From the NCBI GenBank assembly GCA_965208835.1, contig OZ242358.1, forward strand, positions 1,920,001 to 1,984,000: 64,000 bases of DNA, written 5' to 3'. The translations under genes and the position numbers were made by a program. Shown here in pieces: positions 1 through 9,254 of this stretch; position 1 is the first letter of the stretch, and each line of letters starts with the position of its first letter. The notes under the pieces were generated by a model. It made no database searches. It was not told the DNA's origin and saw nothing but the letters and a program-made list of their open reading frames with translations. The stretch comes from Candidatus Latescibacterota bacterium. GTDB taxonomy: Bacteria > Latescibacterota > UBA2968 > GCA-2709665.

Positions 1-488
1 CGCAACCGTCCGATGCGGCCGTTGTCGATCACGTCCTTCATCGCGTCGTGTCCGGTATCCCATCGTCGGTTTGTGCCCAGATTGAAGACGGCGCCCATTC
101 GTTCGACCGCCTCCATCATCGCGTCTGCTTCGTCGAGCGAAGAGGCCATGGCCTTTTCGCCATAGATTGCGCCGACCCCCCGTTCGGCCGCAAAGACGAC
201 GATCTCGGCGCGATGTTCGGGCTGTGTGGCTACGCTGACGATGTCCGGTTGCTCACGTTCAATCATCTCTCTATAGTCGAAGTACTGCCTGTCTTCAGGC
301 ACCCCGTACCGGATGCCTACCTGCTTCATCGCTTCCCCGCGTAGATCCGAACAGGCGATCAACTCCGTTCGTTCGCACGCCTCGTAACCCGCGGCGTGCG
401 AATAGGCGCCATAGGAAGGAGGTACCTCGTTGTCAATGAAGGCGCCCATTCGGCTGCATCCGACCAGTGCGGCTTTATAGATTTTCAC
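1..488 (-). CDS. Gfo/Idh/MocA family oxidoreductase (runs off the window edge)
   Basis: Manual translation from GTG at 488: MKIYKAALVGCSRMG...PDIVSVATQPEHR...IYGEKAMASSLDEADAM...LGTNRRW. This has the Rossmann start and the EK motif. Not in the ORF track because it is truncated. Confidence 0.85.
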   Translation of the reverse strand, partial: MKIYKAALVGCSRMGAFIDNEVPPSYGAYSHAAGYEACERTELIACSDLRGEAMKQVGIRYGVPEDRQYFDYREMIEREQPDIVSVATQPEHRAEIVVFAAERGVGAIYGEKAMASSLDEADAMMEAVERMGAVFNLGTNRRWDTGHDAMKDVIDNGRIGRL

Positions 489-617
489 GTATTATCCGTC
501 CTTTCCGGACAGTTCTCGTCTGTACAATTAAGGAAACTCGCCGGCGGACCGGGCGGGAACCCGCGCTCGCCGGATGCTCTGAACACCGGCACCAGTGTGT
601 GCTGGAGCCGGGCCGCT

Positions 618-646
618 AATATTTGACCTGCGAACCAGGATGTCAA
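618..646 (-). promoter_or_regulatory. sigma70-like promoter for the Gfo/Idh/MocA gene
   Basis: Minus strand reads TTGACA-N17-AATATT. Confidence 0.5.
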
Positions 647-758
647 GGGCAAACGACTGAAAGGGACACGATATGCCGCGCGGGATCAGCCGATCGAAGA
701 TGCGCCATATCTCTACCTGGAATCTCTTCGTCGTGCAGCCACAGTCTCAGCCCGTTAG

Positions 759-949
759 CCTCAATCCAAAAAAAACAGCAACGCGGCGACGCGATAAAAC
801 ACTCCGAAACCGGGCGTTATCGACGTAAAGAAGGACGTTTTTTCCCTTCACGTCCAGTGACCTGGTGTATCCTGGTAATCCGCCGTCTAATCGCCTTTAT
901 TTACAAGCACAAATTCGAATTGACGTCCCCGAAGACTTACGAATCAAGG
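759..949 (+). mobile_element. MITE family D, copy 1 (191 bp, IS1380-like ends)
   Basis: Flanked by TTAG direct repeats (755-758, 950-953), with imperfect TIRs CCTCAATCC / GAATCAAGG. The left ~22 bp and right ~100 bp match the reverse complement of 10814-11182. Confidence 0.75.
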
Positions 950-967
950 TTAGTCCGGAGAAACGCT

Positions 968-2047
968 ATGTCCGAATATGCTATACCCACCGAGCCCATC
1001 GGTTCCATTCCACGCACGCAGGAACTGGTCCGCGCCGAAGAAGCGTTCCGCGAAGGCAGGATCAGTCAGGAGGAGCTTCATGCTGTCGCGGATCGGGCAA
1101 CCGCAGAAACCATACGCGGATTCGAGGAGACGGGTTCGCCCGTCATCAGCGACGGCGAGCAGCGCAAACACGGCGGTTTCGCCTTCTATTGCCTGCACGG
1201 AGCCGAAAACCTTGCTCCGGACGGCGTGGAAGTCGGGTTTTCCGATGGACATTCCAGGCAGCTGCCTCGACTGACGGAGGGTCCCTTTCGCTATACTGAA
1301 AGTGCCGACGGGTACCTCGAAACTGCATTGAAGCTGGCCCGGACTCGAGTCAAACAGGCGGTTATTTCGCCTTCGCTCCTCAGCCTGATCTACCCGGCGG
1401 ACGGTATCGAGAATTATCCGCGTGAACGATTCCTGGCGGACCTCGTTCACGAACACGTCGGCGAAGTGCGCCGGTGCCTGGACGCGGGCGCGCACAAGGT
1501 ACAGATCGACTTCACGGAAGGGCGTCTCGCCGTAAAACTGGATCCCTCCGGCGAACTCCTCAGGAGTTTTGTGGCGTTGCTGAATACCAGCCTTGAATCG
1601 TTTACGAACGACGAACGTACCAGGCTTGGGGTTCACACCTGCCCGGGAGGTGACTGGGACGCCACCCACAGTGCGGACGTCGACTACCTGGACCTGCTCC
1701 CGACCCTGTTCGAGATAGACGTAGGCAATTTCTATATCGCGATGGCCTCCGAAAAAGAACCGGGCAGGGCCCTGCAACGCATCGGGACGCTCATCCAGCC
1801 CGGTCACCGCGTCTTTGTTGGCGTAATCGATGCCATCGATCCCTGCGTGGAGTCCCCGGAAGAAGTGAGAGACCGCGTTCTGGAGGCCGCAGAATATATC
1901 CCGTCAGCCCAGCTGGGCACGACGGACGACTGTGGTTTTTCGCCCTTTGCGGATGACCTGTCCACCTCCCGCGACCTGGCGTTTGCGAAAATCCGCGCAC
2001 GGGTGGAGGGAACCCGGCTCGCGGAGGATGCGCTGGTACGCGGCTGA
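968..2047 (+). CDS. Cobalamin-independent methionine synthase II family protein (single barrel)
   Basis: TEPIGSIPR start, ISDGEQRK, and Zn-ligand motifs VHTCPGG and TTDDCGF. GGAG lies upstream of ATG 968. Confidence 0.85.
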   Translation: MSEYAIPTEPIGSIPRTQELVRAEEAFREGRISQEELHAVADRATAETIRGFEETGSPVISDGEQRKHGGFAFYCLHGAENLAPDGVEVGFSDGHSRQLPRLTEGPFRYTESADGYLETALKLARTRVKQAVISPSLLSLIYPADGIENYPRERFLADLVHEHVGEVRRCLDAGAHKVQIDFTEGRLAVKLDPSGELLRSFVALLNTSLESFTNDERTRLGVHTCPGGDWDATHSADVDYLDLLPTLFEIDVGNFYIAMASEKEPGRALQRIGTLIQPGHRVFVGVIDAIDPCVESPEEVRDRVLEAAEYIPSAQLGTTDDCGFSPFADDLSTSRDLAFAKIRARVEGTRLAEDALVRG

Positions 2048-2148
2048 AAGGTGAATGGACGCGGCCTTTCCATCCGCGAGGGGCGTACGAGTGCGAAATT
2101 GAATCGAACATGGGCCATCCGAACGAGCGTCATGATCCCACATTCCGC

Positions 2149-2177
2149 TTGACTTCCCTCATGATTTCGTATAGATT
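2149..2177 (+). promoter_or_regulatory. Putative sigma70 promoter for tRNA-Val
   Basis: TTGACT-N17-TAGATT. Confidence 0.45.
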
Positions 2178-2309
2178 TGCGGTCCCAAAATGCCCGCCGA
2201 CAAAGCCGTGGGTGCGGACAGACACCCCGCCCATTTGCACGGTTTCAACGTGCATCGAGGGGGTTGCCTCCGGATTGCGGGTGTGCGAATTTACCGGTTG
2301 CAAATGGAT

Positions 2310-2386
2310 GGGCGATTAGCTCAGGTGGTTAGAGTGCTTGCTTGACATGCAAGAGGTCACTGGTTCGAGTCCAGTATCGCCCACCA
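2310..2386 (+). tRNA. tRNA-Val(GAC)
   Basis: GGGCGAT/ATCGCCC acceptor stem, anticodon arm CTTGC-TTGACAT-GCAAG, GGTTCGAGT T-loop and encoded CCA. Confidence 0.97.
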
Positions 2387-2404
2387 TTTTAAATATTTGA
2401 AATT

Positions 2405-2439
2405 AAAGGGCCTGCGATGAATTCATCGCAGGCCCTTTT
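2405..2439 (+). terminator. Rho-independent terminator after tRNA-Val
   Basis: Perfect 34-nt palindrome AAAGGGCCTGCGATGAATTCATCGCAGGCCCTTT followed by T. Confidence 0.8.
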
Positions 2440-2646
2440 CGTATACGCCGATGACGACGCAATCTGGGGGGCCGGTTGAAAAACGGAAGTTGAATCCGGC
2501 ATACGCCCGAAAAAGCCGAAGCGCGGCCTGCGCACGAAACCGCGGTGGGCGATACCGCCGCCGGATGTTTTCGCTGTTGTTCTTGCATCAGCCGCCACAT
2601 TTCAGTACCATGCCGCCGGACCGCGCCACAAACCGTCAGTCCCCCC

Positions 2647-2781
2647 TGGCATCCCGTTGGATGCCTCCAACCTGTCTACGACCGGCCCTTGTTGTCGAAA
2701 TACTGCGTTGCGCCCGATCGCCGAATCGCTCGATTCGATTGTGCGCCTTGTCGTCGACCACAATGGCTCGGCCCAGACCTG
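2647..2781 (+). repeat. MITE family A, degenerate copy lacking the right TIR
   Basis: CCGGCCCTTG..GTCGAAATACTGCGTTGCGC..TCGCCGAATCGC..GCGCCTTGTC..CCACAATGGCTCGGCC matches 15077-15242. Confidence 0.75.
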
Positions 2782-2906
2782 GACCGGCAACTGGAGAAGA
2801 TCGCGGGCACTCGCCGTCAACTCCTTATCAGACCTCCAAGCCGGTCAGGTTTCCGGGGTCTGAATTTTGTGCTGCAACCCGACCGTCCCTGCTAGGAGCG
2901 CCTGCA

Positions 2907-3722
2907 ATGAAAAGCACGAACGAAAACACACATGTATTGGAACCCGCCGAATCCGCTCCGATTGAACCCATGACGGAATACGAAAAATTCCTCTTCGACC
3001 TGAAGGGTTTTCTCGTCATACCCGGGGTACTCACGGACGATGAAGTGCAGAAGGTTCGAGAGCACCTCGAAGTCTATGTGAGTGATCCCGAAAGCCTGGT
3101 GGATCAACTGAGGGCGCCTATTGCGGGCCCCGCGGAATTTCTGATCGATCATCCCAGAGTCATGGGGATTCTGCAGGAGGTGATACATCCTGAGCGCGAT
3201 CGCATCCGTCTGGAAAGCGTCTTCGTTTCAGCCCGATCGGCCGAGACGACCGCGAATCAGTGGCAGCCCCACGTGGGCGGCACGAATCTCGATCCGTCCC
3301 TTTCCTACCGCTTCCACAACGGCCGAATCTACAGTGGCATGACACGCATCGTATGGGAACTGAACGAAGTCAGGAAAGGCCAGGGCGGCACGTGCCTCGT
3401 GCCGGGGTCTCACAAGGCCAATCTGTTTTCGGCTCAGGATGGTACCTGGCCGGAAAAGGCCGACGACCCCGACTCGGGACTCTGGGAAACCTACGGGTGT
3501 CCGCCGGGGAGTCTTGTCGTATTCTCCGAGGGGGTGCGGCATACCGGATCGGCCTGGACGAACCCGGACAATCCCCGCCGGGCCATTCTGATCGCTTACA
3601 ACTACGTGACGGTTCGGTTCCACGAACCCAAACCCTGCATGAATCCCGTGGTGATCGGTGGAATGGCCGAAGCGCGTCAGAGGTTTTTCAGGGACGTCTG
3701 GTTTCTGCCCAACAGGAGATAA
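2907..3722 (+). CDS. Phytanoyl-CoA dioxygenase (PhyH) family protein
   Basis: FDLKGFLVIPGVL, GGTCLVPGSHK, GSLVVFSEGVRH and RRAILIAY. AGGAG RBS precedes ATG 2907. Confidence 0.85.
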   Translation: MKSTNENTHVLEPAESAPIEPMTEYEKFLFDLKGFLVIPGVLTDDEVQKVREHLEVYVSDPESLVDQLRAPIAGPAEFLIDHPRVMGILQEVIHPERDRIRLESVFVSARSAETTANQWQPHVGGTNLDPSLSYRFHNGRIYSGMTRIVWELNEVRKGQGGTCLVPGSHKANLFSAQDGTWPEKADDPDSGLWETYGCPPGSLVVFSEGVRHTGSAWTNPDNPRRAILIAYNYVTVRFHEPKPCMNPVVIGGMAEARQRFFRDVWFLPNRR

Positions 3723-3740
3723 CCGGCTGGTCAACCATGA

Positions 3741-3797
3741 CTCGAAACCGAAAAAGCCCGGCCAAACCAATGGCTTCGGGCTTTTTCAGTTTTCGAG
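3741..3797. terminator. Bidirectional terminator between the convergent PhyH genes
   Basis: GAAAAAGCCCG..GCCA-loop-TGGC..CGGGCTTTTTC hairpin with A and T tracts on either side. Confidence 0.75.
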
Positions 3798-3821
3798 ATT
3801 CAATCCGGAATTCGGTCAGGG

Positions 3822-4694
3822 TCAGCCGTCCCATCGCCCGGGATCGATAGCGGTTGCATCGGTTTTCATGCCCTCGGGTTTGTGGGGCTGATTCCAGTCC
3901 AGGCCGGTTGTGTTGGGGCTCTGTAGAAAACGCTTGGTTGCCGCCGGGGCCTCCGTCACGAGTTCCGGGTCCCATTCCGGCATCGGTTGTATGGGGCCCG
4001 CCCACGCCGGCCGGTACCCAAGTTGAACCAGCGTGCGTTGGAAGTGCGATCGGTTCGGATGGGTGCCGTGGAACAGGTTGATGGGGATAACCAGCGCCGA
4101 ACCCGCGTTTACGCATAGCGTGACCTCGCCCGGGTGGTACTTGTAGCGCACGTAGGGGTTCGCTTCGGCGTGAAACGAGAGGTGGGATCGCGGTACAAGG
4201 CGGAACGGCGCCCGCTCCGGCGTCAGATCGTCAAGGTAGTACAGAACACGCAGCAGGCGCGGACAGCTGCCCTCGTAACCGAAAATGGACGATCCGAACG
4301 GCTGGCCGTCGGTGTGCAGCGAAATGGGCGGCGAACCCGAGAGCGTCCTCGTGAAGAGTCCCCGGGTGAACACGATGTCGTCGCCGAGCAGCGTTTCCAG
4401 GAACGCGATCATCGGCGGATGCGCGATCAGTTCGGCCAGGGCCCTGCTGCGCCACTGCGGCTCCAGACAAAAGGTCTGCGCGTCGCTGTAATCCTTCGTC
4501 TGCATTGGCGCATCGGCCATTTCGCGTTTGATCCGGTCCATGTGTTCCGCATCGAGGATGTCCGGAAGGACGACGTAGCCCTCCACCTCCAGGTGGCGGA
4601 TCCGTTCTCCAGATGAAAGGCTGTTGAAGTCGGTTTCGTCCAGATTCATGAAACCGATCTCTTCCTTCGGGTCGATTCGTACGTCGGCTTGCAT
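3822..4694 (-). CDS. Phytanoyl-CoA dioxygenase (PhyH) family protein
   Basis: EGYVVLPDIL, HxD (LHTDG), YYLDDLTPE, LVPRSH and LFHG. AAGGAG RBS precedes ATG 4694. Confidence 0.88.
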   Translation of the reverse strand: MQADVRIDPKEEIGFMNLDETDFNSLSSGERIRHLEVEGYVVLPDILDAEHMDRIKREMADAPMQTKDYSDAQTFCLEPQWRSRALAELIAHPPMIAFLETLLGDDIVFTRGLFTRTLSGSPPISLHTDGQPFGSSIFGYEGSCPRLLRVLYYLDDLTPERAPFRLVPRSHLSFHAEANPYVRYKYHPGEVTLCVNAGSALVIPINLFHGTHPNRSHFQRTLVQLGYRPAWAGPIQPMPEWDPELVTEAPAATKRFLQSPNTTGLDWNQPHKPEGMKTDATAIDPGRWDG

Positions 4695-4886
4695 TGTGGT
4701 TCTCCTTTTTCCGGCCGCCGCCGTGGCCGCGAGATCCCGTGCGGAAAGTCTACACTTCCGAATCAAGGACCTCTCTGAGTAGAACGATGCACGGGAGAAG
4801 AGATCCGGTTCCGGCACCAGGAACCCGGCGAAGGGTTTCTTTCCGCGTTCGTCATCCAAAGATAACTACAGCGATTGGATTGGGCA

Positions 4887-7553
4887 ATGGATGGATTGGG
4901 TGTGTTGGTCGGCATTCTTGTCCTTTGCTGGTTCCTGCCCGGCAGGTGCGCGGCCGCCGGAGTCGCGCGGCCCGTCTTCAGCGTGTCGCAATCGGCCGAA
5001 TCCCTCAAAAAACTGGAGCGGACCGTCGCGCCGCTCATGGCGATGTCGGAAGACGAACTCATTGCCCTGGTTCCGGATCGTACCGGATTCCGGTACGTCG
5101 CCTGCGCCGGTTGCTCTATGGGCGTCAGAGAACGGCAACTCGACTGGTCGATCGATGACCCGTTTCGAGTGCGGTGCCGCCATTGCGCAACCGTTTATCC
5201 CGGGCGCGAGTTTGCGGAGAACAGGACCCTGCGCCTGTTGAATCCACTGGGTGACGAAGTCGAATATCCGTTTTACGAGGATGGGTCGGGAAGACGATAT
5301 TTCTTCCGTGCCAGGGCATGGTGGTGCGCGAGGTTCTATCTTGCGGACCGTGCGCGGGATCTCGGTCAGCTGTACCAGTTGACGGGCCAGCGACAATTCG
5401 CCCGTCGGTCGGCGTTGATTCTGGACGCGTTTGCGCGATATTATCCGGGGTTTCTCGTTTGGGCGGATGTGGCGAACTCGGCAAAGCGGGTGTGTATGAA
5501 TCCGCCCTTTCCACGCCGCGGCGGGAAGTGGGGGGATTGGCGTTACGCCGAAATTCCGACCGAACTGATCTACGCGTACGATTCAATCCGTGCAAGCGGC
5601 GAACTGGAGCGACTCCCGGAAGAACGAGGCGAGGATGCCTGCCGCCGCATCGAGGACGGGTTTTTCCGGGGAGGAATCCGGCAGGACGCCTTCCACGGGC
5701 TTCTGTACACCAATGCCAGCCCTGAGACCTACGAGGGATATGCGGTGGCCGGCCGTGTGTTGGGGGAGCCGGCGCTGGTTCACCGCGCGGTGCGATGCGC
5801 TCACGGCCTGTTCAGACGATTCTCGGCGGACGGATTCTGGTGTCAGGTCTCCCCGGGTTATCATCGATATACACTGACAGGCCTGCTGCGCGTGCTTGAC
5901 GCCCTGGCCGGATATTCCGATCCCCCGGGTTATCTGGATCCGGAAGACGGCAGGCGCTTCGACGAACTGGATCCGGTTCGCGAATTCGCCGACGTGGAAC
6001 GTTGCACGAGGGTTCTCGAGCGATTCAGGTACCCGGACGGGAGGCCGATACCCGTACACGATTCCTGGGCAGGGTTTGAGGACCTGAAGCCCAGGGTTCG
6101 TTCGCGCTCAGCGCTGTTCGCCGGCATGGGGCATGCTTGGCTCGGGTTGGGTAGGAAAAACCGACAGGCGCAGGTACACCTTCACTTTTCGGAAGGCGGC
6201 CACGGACACGATCACGCGGACATGCTGAACGTGATGCTTTACGCGTTTGGAGAGGAGTTGCTGTCTGACTTGGGTTATACGCATACCCGGTACAGACCGT
6301 GGACCGTGAGTACCCTGGCGCACAATACGGTGGTCCTCGACGAGCAGGAACAGTACACGAGAGGAAATAGAGGACCGTCTCGTGGCAGCCTCCTGGCGTT
6401 CGAGACAACGCACGATACGGTACAGTGGATGGAAGCGAGTGGCCAGCGCGCGTACCCCGGGCTGGCGCGGAATTACCGGAGAATGGTCATGCTGGCCGAC
6501 GCCGGCGAAGGGAATACGTACTCTCTGGATATTTTCCGTGTGCAGGGAGGGACACGGCACGACTGGACGCTGCACGGGAGCGCTGACCGCGACGGATGGA
6601 TGAGCCTTGATGTCCCGCTGGAGCCCGCCGGACGAGATCTATTGAACGGAGTCTCGGTACGGCTTCCCGGATTTGAAGGGGACCGGGGGGACGCCGAAGG
6701 ACGAAACATAGCCTACGGATTCGTACAGAATGTATCCCGTGCTCGTGTTGAAGCCGGTCTGAGACTGAAACTCGGCCTCAGGGACGTGCGTACCGGTTTG
6801 CGGTGTCATCTCCCGGGACTGTCAGAGGCCGACGTGTTTCTGGGCGACGCGCCATCGGTGCGGCGAACCGACGAGAACGAGGACGAACTGGACCGGTACA
6901 GGATGCCCGTTTTCCTGGCCCGGCGCCAGGGGCCGGCGCCTCTTTCAAGCGTCTTTGCCGCGGTCTACGAGCCCTTCGAGGGATCGCCGTTCATTGAGTC
7001 CGTCCGCCAGGTGTACGCCGATGATGATTCGATCGCAGTGGAAGTGAGACGTGAAGGAATCGTGGACCATATCGTCCATCGTACGGCTTGGCGCGTGGAA
7101 CCGCTGGTGGTGGGAAACCTCAGCCTGAGAGGAGAGTTCGGGTTCGTGCGGGAACGGGACGGCGACCCCGCGTTCATGGGGCTGTGGGGAGGGGACGAGT
7201 TGAGATGGAAAGATGAGGTGGTTTCGTGCGACGGTACTTGTGACCTGAGGGTTGTGGGTGTTCTCAGAAAGGCCCACGGAGACCCGCTTGACGGGCTGGA
7301 AGTGACCGGTGACATTGCCGAGCGCACCGGGGTTGAGGGAACGACGGCAATCGTACGATTCGGAGACGGTTCGACGACGGGATGCGTCGTCAGACGGGTG
7401 ATCCCTGATTCACGCGGACTCACGCTGGAAACTGCGCAGGATCCGGGATTCTCCATTGAGAACGGAGGAATGCGCCACCAATACTTTCCACTGCGTTCGA
7501 TTTCGGGGCCTGTGAGCTGTCGCATCCGTAACTCGAAGTTTGTGTGTTTGTAG
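4887..7553 (+). CDS. Secreted heparinase II/III-like polysaccharide lyase
   Basis: Signal peptide, SPGYH, GHDHADMLN, LLSDLGY and STLAHNTVVLD motifs. Confidence 0.78.
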   Translation: MDGLGVLVGILVLCWFLPGRCAAAGVARPVFSVSQSAESLKKLERTVAPLMAMSEDELIALVPDRTGFRYVACAGCSMGVRERQLDWSIDDPFRVRCRHCATVYPGREFAENRTLRLLNPLGDEVEYPFYEDGSGRRYFFRARAWWCARFYLADRARDLGQLYQLTGQRQFARRSALILDAFARYYPGFLVWADVANSAKRVCMNPPFPRRGGKWGDWRYAEIPTELIYAYDSIRASGELERLPEERGEDACRRIEDGFFRGGIRQDAFHGLLYTNASPETYEGYAVAGRVLGEPALVHRAVRCAHGLFRRFSADGFWCQVSPGYHRYTLTGLLRVLDALAGYSDPPGYLDPEDGRRFDELDPVREFADVERCTRVLERFRYPDGRPIPVHDSWAGFEDLKPRVRSRSALFAGMGHAWLGLGRKNRQAQVHLHFSEGGHGHDHADMLNVMLYAFGEELLSDLGYTHTRYRPWTVSTLAHNTVVLDEQEQYTRGNRGPSRGSLLAFETTHDTVQWMEASGQRAYPGLARNYRRMVMLADAGEGNTYSLDIFRVQGGTRHDWTLHGSADRDGWMSLDVPLEPAGRDLLNGVSVRLPGFEGDRGDAEGRNIAYGFVQNVSRARVEAGLRLKLGLRDVRTGLRCHLPGLSEADVFLGDAPSVRRTDENEDELDRYRMPVFLARRQGPAPLSSVFAAVYEPFEGSPFIESVRQVYADDDSIAVEVRREGIVDHIVHRTAWRVEPLVVGNLSLRGEFGFVRERDGDPAFMGLWGGDELRWKDEVVSCDGTCDLRVVGVLRKAHGDPLDGLEVTGDIAERTGVEGTTAIVRFGDGSTTGCVVRRVIPDSRGLTLETAQDPGFSIENGGMRHQYFPLRSISGPVSCRIRNSKFVCL

Positions 7554-7569
7554 GTGCGCAACCGGAGGA

Positions 7570-8733
7570 TCAGCCGACGTCCGCATTCGAGGCCGCGCGG
7601 TACACTTCGAGGATGGGTACGTCCTGTTCACTCGCGATACGCGCGCAGTCTTCGAATTCAGGCGCTAAACGCGTCCTTCCGCCGTAGCTGGCGACTTTTA
7701 CGGCCACGGGTCCGAATGCGGTTTCGACGACTTCTCTTCGTCGCGAGATCGTCTGACGTTCAACACGACGTATCCGGATGCCAAGCGTCGTGGTTTCACG
7801 GAAGATCAGGTCTGCGAAGGACTGTGTACGGTCCGGATCGGCGAGAACGCTGAGGACCACGCCGGGTCGTCCCTTCTTCATAATGACTGGCGTAAGATAC
7901 GCGTCCCTGGCGCCTTCGGTGAACAGACGGTCGATCAGGAACCCGTATATTTCAGGTGACATATCATCGATGTTGGTTTCAATCAGAGTGAGCGTGTCGG
8001 TCTGCAGCGACGACTCGGATTCACCGATTTCCAGCCGGAGCAGGTTGGGTATCTGGTCCATATCCCGGCTGCCCGCACCGTAGCCCATCAGGCGCGTGCG
8101 AAACGGAGGTGGAACGGCGCCGATCTGCTCGGCCAGTGTGGTCAGGATCGCGGCGCCGGTCGGGGTGACCAGTTCATACGGTATATCGGTGCGTTCGGCC
8201 GCGACATCCCTGCAGAGGGCAACCACCGCGGGAACCGGAACGGGGAGGACGCCGTGGGCGCTGCGCGTCGTTCCCCTTCCGAATCGAAGCCGGGAGGCGA
8301 AGACGCGTTCCACGCCGAGCTGTTCCAGTCCGATGACGGCGCCGGCGATATCCGCGATGGCGTCAGCCGCGCCGACTTCGTGAAAATGGACGCGATCGAC
8401 GGAAATGCCGTGTACTTCGGCTTCGGCTTCGGCGAGACGGCGGAAGATCGCGCGGGCCTGCCGTTTTGCGCCGCTCGAGATGTCAGCGGCATCGATGATG
8501 CCCAGTACGTCCTGCAGTCGGCGATGGTGATGCCCTTCTTCGGCCACGACGTCGATCTTTGTCGCTGCAATGCCGTGACGTTTAACCTTTCCGTCCTGAA
8601 GTACTACGCCCTCCAGGCCGAGTTTGTCCAGTTCTCTCTGCAACACCTCGACCTGCAGGCCCGCATCCACCAGCGCGCCCAGGATCATGTCGCCGCTTAC
8701 ACCGGCATGGCAGTCGAAATACGCCAGACTCAA
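7570..8733 (-). CDS. larC: Nickel pincer cofactor biosynthesis protein LarC
   Basis: YFDCHAGVSGDM, His-rich HHHR, VHFHEVGA, ELVTPTGAA, ETNIDD, MKKGRPG and PEFED. TTG start follows GAGGTG. Confidence 0.93.
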   Translation of the reverse strand: MSLAYFDCHAGVSGDMILGALVDAGLQVEVLQRELDKLGLEGVVLQDGKVKRHGIAATKIDVVAEEGHHHRRLQDVLGIIDAADISSGAKRQARAIFRRLAEAEAEVHGISVDRVHFHEVGAADAIADIAGAVIGLEQLGVERVFASRLRFGRGTTRSAHGVLPVPVPAVVALCRDVAAERTDIPYELVTPTGAAILTTLAEQIGAVPPPFRTRLMGYGAGSRDMDQIPNLLRLEIGESESSLQTDTLTLIETNIDDMSPEIYGFLIDRLFTEGARDAYLTPVIMKKGRPGVVLSVLADPDRTQSFADLIFRETTTLGIRIRRVERQTISRRREVVETAFGPVAVKVASYGGRTRLAPEFEDCARIASEQDVPILEVYRAASNADVG

Positions 8734-8871
8734 GATGTCACCTCTATCCTCGTCTGCGGGCGGCCCGGGCAGGCAGGGCCGATTGCTGCTCCAGACGGGT
8801 ATATTTATTCTCGATCCTCGGGACGTCAATCGAAAGGAAACGGGGTCTTGTCGTTATGGCGGCTGTTATAA

Positions 8872-9057
8872 GAAGCTGTCTTAAAATTCCCAGCGGTCTT
8901 CGCGCGGCTGCAAAAGCGCCGGTCGGCGTTGGTCAAACCCACCCGTCGTACGAGATCGAGGCTGCGCTTGCTCGCCTCTCATAGGCGGGTTTTCCCTCCT
9001 TGAACGGCACTTTTTCGCTCGCGCTCGGGAACTCACCGGTAATTTTAAGACAGCTTC
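8872..9057 (+). mobile_element. MITE family B, long (186 bp) variant
   Basis: TIR GAAGCTGTCTTAAAATT / AATTTTAAGACAGCTTC, with TAA duplicated on both sides. Confidence 0.85.
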
Positions 9058-9149
9058 TAAGCGAGGCGGTTTCTTCCGGGTTTCCAGACCGTGGGTTCAA
9101 CTTTCCTGCGGGTCGGTCATCCTGCGACGAGGCTGTTGGCGAGGAGATC

Positions 9150-9254
9150 TAACAGTCCGCTGATGAAGTCGCTGTGCAGGCGAGGCCGGGTAACGCAGTA
9201 TCTCGACCGCAAGGGCCGGCCGCAGCACGGATGGGCTCTTTCAACGGGTTGTTA
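9150..9254 (-). mobile_element. MITE family A, internally deleted copy
   Basis: Both ends are retained (TAACAACCCGTTGAAA...CAGCGGACTGTTA). Its first bases are the TAA stop of the M23 gene. Confidence 0.8.

Noticed and set aside
490-967. SAM or cobalamin riboswitch upstream of the methionine-synthase-like gene
   Set aside because: No consensus elements were found. The region is explained by a divergent promoter, GC hairpins and element D.
7570-8733. larC without larA, larB or larE as a novel system
   Set aside because: Scattered lar genes are common, and the partners may lie elsewhere in the genome.
2310-8870. Possible genomic island integrated at tRNA-Val
   Set aside because: I saw no integrase, no duplicated tRNA 3' end and no clear composition shift.
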